Positions 46,458 to 56,401 of a stretch of DNA of 64,000 bases are shown in pieces. The DNA is from Chloroflexota bacterium (GTDB lineage: Bacteria; Chloroflexota; Limnocylindria; Limnocylindrales; CSP1-4), in NCBI GenBank assembly GCA_026004015.1, contig BPIH01000007.1, positions 4,229-68,228 of the forward strand, given 5' to 3'. Position numbers and translations under genes: made by a program. A model generated the notes under the pieces. The model was not told the DNA's origin, made no database searches, and was given only the letters and a program-made list of their open reading frames with translations. Every line of letters begins with the position of its first letter. The stretch's first letter is position 1.

Positions 46458-46535
46458 CTCGGCGGGATGGTGGTGCGATGTCGGTTCGGGTTCGAGGGCT
46501 GCTCGCCGCTCCTCGCCCAGGCGTGCCAGTTCGGG

Positions 46536-47093
46536 TCAGGCGGCCGCGGGAGCCGGATCGCCCGAGAAGAGCCAGCGCCGGAGGCCCGGGCCGACGCTGT
46601 CCATGAGGTAGGCGTCGAGACCGTAGTACTTGCCGGCGCCGAGACCGTAGATCGTCGCCCCGATGAGGGCGTAGGTGAGGTGCTGGTTGACGATCCCGTA
46701 CTGGAAGTCCCAGGCGGCAACGAAGAAGATGAGCATCATGAGCGTCGCCATGGCCGCTCCGAACCGGGTCAGGAGCCCGAGGATGAGGCTGATCCCGATC
46801 CCGAGCTGGCCGAGGGGGACGAGGTAGTTGATGATCGTCAACGCCGTCTCGTTGCTCGCCAGGGCGACCCAGAAGTCGTGGGTCGGGTTGAAGACCGTCC
46901 CCTCGGCGACTTCGCCGGTGACGAAGGGCCAGCCGAGGGTGCCGAGGGTGCCGAACTTCAGGAACCCGGCCGCCGACCAGGTCCCGAGGCCCGCCCCGAC
47001 GGCCTTCTCGAGGCCGGCCCAGAGGAAGATGACGCCCACTCCGATCCGGAGGAGGGCGACACCGAGCCGGTGGTATCGCGCTGTGATCTGCAT
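46536..47093 (-). CDS. DoxX-family membrane protein
   Basis: MQITARYHRLGVALLRIGVGVIFLWAGLEK.. with four TM segments. GGAGG lies 7 nt upstream of the ATG. Confidence 0.85.
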   Translation of the reverse strand: MQITARYHRLGVALLRIGVGVIFLWAGLEKAVGAGLGTWSAAGFLKFGTLGTLGWPFVTGEVAEGTVFNPTHDFWVALASNETALTIINYLVPLGQLGIGISLILGLLTRFGAAMATLMMLIFFVAAWDFQYGIVNQHLTYALIGATIYGLGAGKYYGLDAYLMDSVGPGLRRWLFSGDPAPAAA

Positions 47094-47374
47094 CCTGGAC
47101 CCTCCTGTGGTTGCCGATCCGTCGGACCGATCCCTCTCGACACTAGGACGGATCGCTGTCGGTGACAAGCATGCACATTCGAAATCTGCGCATATGCTCC
47201 GATGGTCACGAACCGGACGGGCGGGACCGACTCTCCTCGGGGGACCGGTTCGACCGGGTCGGGCGGGCATCTCGGCTGGGCCACGGTGGGGCGCCGGGGC
47301 ACCGAGGCGCAGCGCCGTGTCGTCGGGATGGGGCGCGTCGTCGGGATGCGGCGCGATGCCGCCGGAGGCCTCCC

Positions 47375-49177
47375 TCAGCCGACGGCGGGACGCCTGGCCG
47401 CCATGGCGTCCGGGTCGGCGCCGCGGACCGAGGGCGGCACCGACTCCTCCCGGAACCCGGCGGCGTCGAAGAGCCGGGCCGCGATCCGGCGGCGGGTCGC
47501 CCGGTCGAGGGGCTCGACGACGTCCCGCTCGGCAGCGGTCACGAGGGCGACGAGGGAACGCTCCGCCGGTGCCTCGTCGACGAGCCGCCGGAGGAGGGCC
47601 CGGCCGAGGCCGCCGCCCCGCCAGGCCGGTGCGACCCCGAGGGCGAGGAGGCGATCGACGCCGGCCGGCCCCCCGGACGTCGCCACGACCCCACGGCCCC
47701 TCCCCTCGGGTCCGGTCGAGACGGACGGCGCGGCGAGGGCGAGGCCGACGACGGTGGCGCCGGCCACGGCCGCCACGCCCCAGGCGCGGTCCTCGAGGGC
47801 GGGCGCGAGGACGGCTCGGAGGTCGGCCGCCTCGGCGGGAGCGGCGACGCCGGCCGCCAGCTCCACCCGATCGAGGAGGGAGCGCTCGAGGCGGACGAGG
47901 GTCGGCCTGGCGGACCCCGCCGGAGGTGCCGGATCGCGGGGCCCTGCAGCCGAGGTCGCCGGAGCCCCTCGGTCGGCCCCGGGCGGGTCTGCCAGGGGCG
48001 ACCACCAACCCCGGTCCACGGCCTCCCGGACGAGGGTCGGAACGACGAGGGTCCGGACGAGGGCGACGACCGCCTCGGCCTGCTCGTCGGCGGTCTCCTG
48101 CTCCGGCCGGACCGGGAAGCCGGCGTTCGGCGGATCGTCGAAGGCCTCGGGGAGGGGCCCCGCGCCGTGGCGGGCGGCCTCGCCCGCCCACCGCTCCCGC
48201 CAGCCCGACTCGATGACCGACGGCGTCGGCCGGTGGGCCGCGGCGAGCCAGACGAGGGCCCAGGCCCGCGGCACGACCCGATAGACGTCGTAGCCGCCGC
48301 CGCCGGTGGCGAGCCAGCGACCTCGGGCGTATCGGTGGGCGACCCGATCGACGAGGCGGGCGGCCGCCCCCATCGCCGTCGTCGTCACCCGGAGGTGGGC
48401 GAGGGGATCGAGGGCGTGGCTGTCCGCCCCGTGCTGGCTGACGACGAGGTCGGGCCCGAAGGTCGCCGCCAGCTCGGGCACGAGGCGCTCGACGGCCGCC
48501 AGCCAGGCCCGCTCGCCGGTGTACGGCTCGAGGGGCACGTTGACCGCCGTCCCGGCCGCCGGCCCCGGGCCGAGATCGCCGATGAAGCCGGTCCCCGGAA
48601 AGAGGTAGCGGCCCGATTCGTGGATGCTGAAGGTGAGGACGCCCGGGTCGGTCAGGTGGAGGGCCTCGACACCGTCGCCGTGATGGACGTCGAGGTCGAC
48701 GTAGAGGACACGGAGGCCCGCCGCCCGGGCCCGGGCGATGGCGAGGGCCGGATCGTTGTAGATGCAGAAGCCCGAGGCTCGATCGGCGAGGGCGTGGTGG
48801 AGGCCGCCGCCCGGGTGGAAGGCGTGCTCGACGTCGCCGCGGAGGATCGCTTCGACGGCGGCCAGGGATCCGCCGGCCACGGCGGCCGCCGCCTCGTGCA
48901 TGCCCGGAAAGGGCGGGTTGTCGCCGGGACCGATGCCCGCAGCGGGCGGACCGTCGGGGTCGACCGAGAAGCGGCGGACGAGCCCGACGTAGTCGGCCGT
49001 GTGGCAGGCGAGGAGGGCCGCCTCGGGCACCGGCTCGGGGGCGAGGCCCGGCTCGCCGCCGAGGCTCCGGATGAGGTCGATGCCCGGCCCGAAGCGACGG
49101 GGCGTCAGCGGATGAACGGGGCCGAAGTCGTAGCGGAGGGACCAGGGCCCGAAGACGAGGAGAGGTTCGGACGCCAT
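47375..49177 (-). CDS. AcuC/histone-deacetylase-family (arginase fold) deacetylase fused to a C-terminal GNAT-like acetyltransferase domain (600 aa)
   Basis: The N-part has ..HPGGGLHHA.., ..VLYVDLDVHHGDGVE.. and ..GGGGY.. The C-part has ..LLALGVAPAWRGGGLGRALLRRLVDEA.. (GNAT motif A). Confidence 0.85.
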   Translation of the reverse strand: MASEPLLVFGPWSLRYDFGPVHPLTPRRFGPGIDLIRSLGGEPGLAPEPVPEAALLACHTADYVGLVRRFSVDPDGPPAAGIGPGDNPPFPGMHEAAAAVAGGSLAAVEAILRGDVEHAFHPGGGLHHALADRASGFCIYNDPALAIARARAAGLRVLYVDLDVHHGDGVEALHLTDPGVLTFSIHESGRYLFPGTGFIGDLGPGPAAGTAVNVPLEPYTGERAWLAAVERLVPELAATFGPDLVVSQHGADSHALDPLAHLRVTTTAMGAAARLVDRVAHRYARGRWLATGGGGYDVYRVVPRAWALVWLAAAHRPTPSVIESGWRERWAGEAARHGAGPLPEAFDDPPNAGFPVRPEQETADEQAEAVVALVRTLVVPTLVREAVDRGWWSPLADPPGADRGAPATSAAGPRDPAPPAGSARPTLVRLERSLLDRVELAAGVAAPAEAADLRAVLAPALEDRAWGVAAVAGATVVGLALAAPSVSTGPEGRGRGVVATSGGPAGVDRLLALGVAPAWRGGGLGRALLRRLVDEAPAERSLVALVTAAERDVVEPLDRATRRRIAARLFDAAGFREESVPPSVRGADPDAMAARRPAVG

Positions 49178-49293
49178 CGGCGCTCCACGATACCTGGTCC
49201 ATGCGGGTGGCCGTCGGGCATCGCGGGTCCGTCGGCGCCCGGGCGCGCCGCCAGGCCGGCCCCGGCCGTCCCCGATTGGGCTACGATGCCGCC

Positions 49294-49521
49294 GTGAGCG
49301 ACGTCGCCCTCGTTCTCCTCCTCCTCATCGTCCTCGCCCTCATCTGGCGGGGCCCGAAGACGCTCCCGAAGCTCGGCCAGGCCCTCGGCCGCGGCATCCG
49401 CGAGGCTCGGCGCGAAGCCCAGGAGCTGACGGGCGGGCAGGCGGGGACGCCGGCTGGGGAGGGCGGGACAGCGGCCGAGCCCCCGGTCGAGGCCCCGAGG
49501 GGTCAGTCCCGCGACGCCTGA
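49294..49521 (+). CDS. tatA: TatA/E-family twin-arginine translocase subunit
   Basis: VSDVALVLLLLIVLALIWRGPKTLPKLGQALGRGIREARREAQE has a TM helix plus an amphipathic helix. The GTG start was inferred within ORF 49201..49521. Confidence 0.7.
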   Translation: MSDVALVLLLLIVLALIWRGPKTLPKLGQALGRGIREARREAQELTGGQAGTPAGEGGTAAEPPVEAPRGQSRDA

Positions 49522-49895
49522 CCGGTCCGTCGCCATCGGTCGGCCGCCTGGTTCTCGAGCCCTCCGGCGCCCTCACCATCGTCGACGCTCTCGCGGACCC
49601 AGGCGGCGTACGCGTCGTCGACGCCGGCCGGCTCGAGGAGGACGATCTCGGGGACCTCGTACGGGTGGAGCTCGCGGATCCGGCTGACGAGGGCATCGGA
49701 GCGGCCGCGGGTCGTCTTGCAGCGAAGGAGCCACTCCCGCGCCCCGGTGATCGCTCCCTCCCACCAGTAGACGCTCTCGAGCGGACCGACGATGTGGACG
49801 CAGGCGGCGAGACACTCGGCGACGACGGCATCGGCGAGGATCCGCGCGTCGTCCTCGGAGCCGACGGTCGTTTCGAGGATCAGGACGTCCGTCAC
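49503..49895 (-). CDS. cutA: CutA divalent-cation tolerance protein
   Basis: ORF track. ..[36 protein letters not shown].. Confidence 0.85.
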   Translation of the reverse strand: MTDVLILETTVGSEDDARILADAVVAECLAACVHIVGPLESVYWWEGAITGAREWLLRCKTTRGRSDALVSRIRELHPYEVPEIVLLEPAGVDDAYAAWVRESVDDGEGAGGLENQAADRWRRTGQASRD

Positions 49896-50550
49896 GGTTC
49901 ACCCCCCTTTGCGGGTTCCGCTCCCTCCCACGTGCTGAGGTCGATCTCGTAGCCGAGGAGCCACTCCCCGGGCGCGAACTCCCAGTCCCGGCTCGGCGCG
50001 CGGCGGAAGCCGAGCCGACGATACAGGTGCTGCGCCGCCGCCATCGAGGGCCGAGTGAGGAGGACGAGCCGGCGCCGGCCGGCCGCCCTCGCCCGCTCGA
50101 GGCAGGCCTCGACGAGGCGTCGCCCGATGCCCCGACCCTGGACCGCCGGATCGACGGCGAGCATCCGGATCCCCGCCTCCTCGGGCGCCTCGGATTCCGA
50201 GTACGGCGTCCCCGGACCGGGCACGTACGTCACGCCGCCGAGGATCCGCCCGCGAGCATCGACGGCGACGAGGACCGGCACGACGGCCGCCCGACGGGCG
50301 ACGTCGCGGAGCTCGGCAAGATAGGCCGGGTCGAGGGCCGGGTCTGGCCCGCTCTCGGCCAGAGCCCGGTAGGCGGCCACGGTCAGTTCACCGAGGGCGT
50401 CGTACTCATCGGCCCGGACAGGACGGACGACGATCGGCGGCTCGACCCGCGGAGCGGCGCTCCGCTCCCTTCCGCTAGCCGGCCGCCGCGAAGCGGACGT
50501 CGCCTCGGGGGTCGCCTCGAGGTTCGCCTCCTTCGCCGCCGCCTCGCGGG

Positions 50551-50554
<4 letters not shown>
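49892..50554 (-). CDS. GNAT-family N-acetyltransferase
   Basis: Tail of ORF 49892..52858. GTG 50552-50554 overlaps the yyaL-like stop (GTGA). ..[27 protein letters not shown].. is motif A. Confidence 0.8.
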
Positions 50555-52858
<2,304 letters not shown>

Positions 52859-53017
52859 TCTAGCGCACGTCGCCGGACCGCTCGGCGGACACGGCGGCCG
52901 AGGGGTAGCGGAGCGGCCGCTTCGCCGCGACCCCGAGGCCGTCGCGGCCTCAGGGGCCGCTCGTGGGCTCCGGGGTTTCAGCGACCCGCCCAGGGCGAGT
53001 CGACGGCTGCTGATCGC

Positions 53018-54250
53018 TCACGGCGACCGCCAGTCCTCGACGGGGATGGCGATCCGAACCTCGCGAACCCTCCCGGTCTCGAGGTCGACTGCCTGACCTG
53101 TCACCGGCCCCGAGATCTCGGCGAGATACGCACCGAGATCGAGCTCGTACGGGTACCGACCGGGCCGCGGATCCTCCACGAAGAGCGCCTCACCGTCGGT
53201 GGATAGCTCCGGCCAGAACGCCGGCCAGGCGGTGCGAGGCGGCCACTCCCGGACGACCGTCATCCGGCCGGTGCCCACGTGGATCCTCAGCAGCCGCATC
53301 GCGGCAGGAGCGGCCGGGTCGACGACGACGGCCACGAGTTCGCGCGCATCCTCCCGAAGGTACGCCCCCGGGAACCACTGAGCCGATGGAATCTCCCATG
53401 CCAGGGTGCCCGACTCGAGGGCTAGAGCCGCCAGGCGCTCGGCTGAACGGAGGAGGAGCGCGTCGTCCGCGAGGAGGATCGCATTCAGACCGTCGGGGAG
53501 GTCGAACCGATGTGCCTCGCCGTCGGGGCGGATCACGTCGACGACACTCTGCTCGGGACCGACGGCGAGGACGGCAGCCACAACGGCCCCGCTCGGGCTG
53601 GACAGTAGAAGGGTGTAACCAGCTCGCTCACGGTCGGCTCCGGCAGGCAAGGGTTGCGGCGCCAGGACCGTCCCGGGCTCCGGCGCATCCTTACGAACCC
53701 GCCAGATCCCGCCGTCGTGGCCTGGGCTCAACGCAGCGGAGCTCGCCGACGGGACCCACAGCTCGGTACCACCGTCATCGCGGAGGACGGCTTGACCGGT
53801 CAGCGTGTCGAGGGTGATCCCCCAGACCTCGGACTGCGACGCCAGGTCACGAACGGTGAACGTCGTCGATCGGGCGCCGAGGTCCTGGACGAAGCTCGCG
53901 ACGAAGTGGGTCCGGACGTCGACGACCACCTCTCCGGCGGGCAGGGCGAAGGCAGTTGGCGAGCCCGGATGACCGACCACGAACCGGTCTCCCCTGCTGG
54001 CAAACCAAGGCCGCGCCGCCACCGGCCAGTCGGCGGTGGGCAACCCTGTCGAGGGCGACCCCGAGACCGGCGCCGAGGGTGCGGCAGCCGAGGTATCGGC
54101 ACCGGACGTCGCTGATTGCTGCGATGGGCCGCTTCCAGGCGGCGCCGCGCACGAGGCCGCAACGACACTGACGAGTACGAAGGCGAGTCCCGAGAGGAAG
54201 GCGGTGATGGATCGTCTGGCCCGGGTCGCTGTGTCTCCCGTCATCGACAT
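53018..54250 (-). CDS. lipoprotein, unknown function (possibly beta-propeller-like)
   Basis: ATG 54248-54250 has AGGAGG 6 nt upstream. MSMTGDTATRARRSITAFLSGLAFVLVSVVAASC is a signal peptide with a lipobox. Confidence 0.62.
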   Translation of the reverse strand: MSMTGDTATRARRSITAFLSGLAFVLVSVVAASCAAPPGSGPSQQSATSGADTSAAAPSAPVSGSPSTGLPTADWPVAARPWFASRGDRFVVGHPGSPTAFALPAGEVVVDVRTHFVASFVQDLGARSTTFTVRDLASQSEVWGITLDTLTGQAVLRDDGGTELWVPSASSAALSPGHDGGIWRVRKDAPEPGTVLAPQPLPAGADRERAGYTLLLSSPSGAVVAAVLAVGPEQSVVDVIRPDGEAHRFDLPDGLNAILLADDALLLRSAERLAALALESGTLAWEIPSAQWFPGAYLREDARELVAVVVDPAAPAAMRLLRIHVGTGRMTVVREWPPRTAWPAFWPELSTDGEALFVEDPRPGRYPYELDLGAYLAEISGPVTGQAVDLETGRVREVRIAIPVEDWRSP

Positions 54251-54333
54251 CGGATGCCTCCTGGGCCTCGCCGCCTTTGGCATGGACAAATCACGACACC
54301 CGGACCCAACGACATCCATCCCCGCAGGCCCAG

Positions 54334-55410
54334 CTAACAGCCCTGACTCCACGACACGCTCACCGAGGGGCTGGACGTTCCCGTGAGAGCGCCAGCACCC
54401 TCGTTGGCGAACGAGGAGAGGAACGTGCGTGTCCCGGCAGTCGAGAAGCCGACCGAGATCGAGTAGCCGCCGGTCGTGGCACCGGAGGTGCGCGTGGCCC
54501 AGGGCGCCCCGTTTAGCGAGATCGCCACCTGCCGCGAGCCGAGAACATTGCCTGAGAGGGCTCTGTAGTTATCGTTGGTCTCGATCGAGAGGGTCCCCGA
54601 CAGGAGGACGTCCTGACCGAGACAGAGGTGGCTTGCCGAAGCTCTGAGTGTCAGAGCCGTGTTGAGGCCGTTCGATCCCGCCCCGGTGACGTGATCGAAG
54701 CACTGTGCAATCGGCCCGTCAACGAACTCCACATCGAAAATCATCTGGGCGCGGGCTTGATCACACTTCTCGAGATGCCTGGTGTTCCAGCCCGGGTCGT
54801 TGTCGTCCGGCGAGATGGCGTTCATGAGCGTTACCGTCCAGCCCTGCGGGTCGTGCGCGTCGACATCCATGGTGATGTGCACGGCTTCATGGAGCACATT
54901 CCGTCTGACGTCGAAGGTGATGAGCGAGGTGGGCGAGCCGTCGTCTCGCCAGCGCCAAGCTACGTTGTTTGTACTCATGGGCGCCTTATCGAAGTTGCGC
55001 ACGTAGATCAGCCAATCGGCCCGGCTGCCATCATTGTTGTGGTCGTTGTCGGCGCACATGAGCCAGGTCGAACTGCCGGTGCAAGGCGAAGTGGGATCGT
55101 CGGAGTAGACGATACGGCCCGTTCCCGAGCTGGATTTCGTGAAGTTCTGAATCCTCGAATTGTTGTGCGAGGGACTGTCCCAGAGCGCATTGTGCGTCGC
55201 CGTGTCGTTGAGCGCATCGTCGATCGCCGTCGTTAGCCACGTGGGATACGACGAGCTTGAATACGCCCACTCAAGGATCGGATCGCTCGATGGGTACTGC
55301 CGGCTGGCATCGCGGATCGGCGTGTGGGCCCTCGCCGCTCCTGTGATGGGCGGGCTCAACACGAGGGTCAAAGCAGCAGCAATGGCCAGTCTCCGAAGCT
55401 CCCTCATCAT
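54334..55410 (-). CDS. secreted protein with an HExxH metalloprotease-like motif and a C-terminal beta-sandwich-like region; lower-GC gene
   Basis: MMRELRRLAIAAALTLVLSPPITGAARA is a signal peptide. ..RRNVLHEAVHITMDVDAH.. GC is about 52-58% in sampled 60-nt blocks, against about 70% or more elsewhere. The ORF track start is TTG 55419. Confidence 0.65.
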   Translation of the reverse strand: MMRELRRLAIAAALTLVLSPPITGAARAHTPIRDASRQYPSSDPILEWAYSSSSYPTWLTTAIDDALNDTATHNALWDSPSHNNSRIQNFTKSSSGTGRIVYSDDPTSPCTGSSTWLMCADNDHNNDGSRADWLIYVRNFDKAPMSTNNVAWRWRDDGSPTSLITFDVRRNVLHEAVHITMDVDAHDPQGWTVTLMNAISPDDNDPGWNTRHLEKCDQARAQMIFDVEFVDGPIAQCFDHVTGAGSNGLNTALTLRASASHLCLGQDVLLSGTLSIETNDNYRALSGNVLGSRQVAISLNGAPWATRTSGATTGGYSISVGFSTAGTRTFLSSFANEGAGALTGTSSPSVSVSWSQGC

Positions 55411-55475
55411 GGTGGCCAACGTGCGCTAACGATCGAAGACATCGAGTGGGGCCCAACAGTGGGTCCCCACAATAC

Positions 55476-55493
55476 CTCTCTCTCTCTCTCTCT
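55476..55493. repeat. (CT)9 dinucleotide microsatellite in a divergent promoter gap
   Basis: CTCTCTCTCTCTCTCTCT lies 66 nt upstream of the HExxH gene ATG and 89 nt upstream of the plus-strand ATG at 55582. Confidence 0.95.
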
Positions 55494-55581
55494 GTCAACC
55501 CTCTTGTCTGCTCTGTCGCGACTGCAACGGGCAGCGCCGGCTCCCAGGGCTCGGTGGATGGTCTCGGCGTACCATCTCGCC

Positions 55582-56340
55582 ATGACTCGCGCCCGCGTCG
55601 GGGACTTTCGCCCGTCGGTGCACGGCCTCCACTTCCAGAACGCCTGGCCGCCCGGGCCGACCCTTCGCTTCGGATCCATCGACCTCCGGCGGCTCGGGAT
55701 CGGCGACGCGAGCCAGGGCCTCTGCGGCGGGATGTGCTTCGTCGTCGGCGACCTCTGGGCTGCGGGCGTCCTCCCGCCCGACGACCGCCAGCCGCCCCCA
55801 TTCGACTCGCCTCGCTTCCTCCGCATCGTCCACCGGCAGGTCGAATCGCTCGACTGGTTCCGCCTCCCGGCCGCCCTCTGGCTCCGGGCGATCCGACCCG
55901 ACGATCGGCCGCCCCAGAGGGCCGGAGCCGCCGAGGCCGGACCACCTGCGCCGCCCGAGTCTCCGCTCGCGGCGATCCTCCGCCGGCTCGGCGTCGCGCC
56001 GCTCGGTCGATTGACCCTCGAGCGGGACTGGCCGCGGGTCCGGCGGACCATCGACGCCGGCCGCCTCGCCATGCTCAGCCTCGTCCGGCAGCGCTCTCTG
56101 AATCCATGGGCCCTCGCCACGAACCATCAGGTCGTCGCCTACGGCTACGTCGCCACCGTCGAGGAGATCCGGATCGCCGTCTACGACCCGAACCATCCGG
56201 ATCGGGACGACGTCGAGCTCGTCATCGAGATCGCCCCCGACGGGCGGACCCCCCGCCTGCGCCAGACGACCGGCGAGCCGCTCCGAGGCTTCGTCCTCAC
56301 CCGCTATCGCCCCGAGCCGCCGGGATCGTGGCGGCCGTGA
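55582..56340 (+). CDS. hypothetical protein with a papain/C39-like Cys...His arrangement
   Basis: Tail of ORF 55324..56340. ..ASQGLCGGMCFVVG.. and ..ATNHQVVAYGY.. resemble the catalytic Cys and His contexts of papain-fold peptidases. No signal peptide. Alternative start at 55558. Confidence 0.5.
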   Translation: MTRARVGDFRPSVHGLHFQNAWPPGPTLRFGSIDLRRLGIGDASQGLCGGMCFVVGDLWAAGVLPPDDRQPPPFDSPRFLRIVHRQVESLDWFRLPAALWLRAIRPDDRPPQRAGAAEAGPPAPPESPLAAILRRLGVAPLGRLTLERDWPRVRRTIDAGRLAMLSLVRQRSLNPWALATNHQVVAYGYVATVEEIRIAVYDPNHPDRDDVELVIEIAPDGRTPRLRQTTGEPLRGFVLTRYRPEPPGSWRP

Positions 56341-56401
56341 GCGGCGGACCAGGGCCGCGCCCGGCAGGCGACGTCCATCGGCCCCGCTTGCCGCACCGCC
56401 G

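Noticed and set aside
47161-47210. AT-rich palindromic patch (GCATGC, TGCGCA, GCATATGC) upstream of doxX as an operator
   Set aside because: It contains only short, imperfect and overlapping palindromes. It is indistinguishable from an ordinary promoter region by eye.
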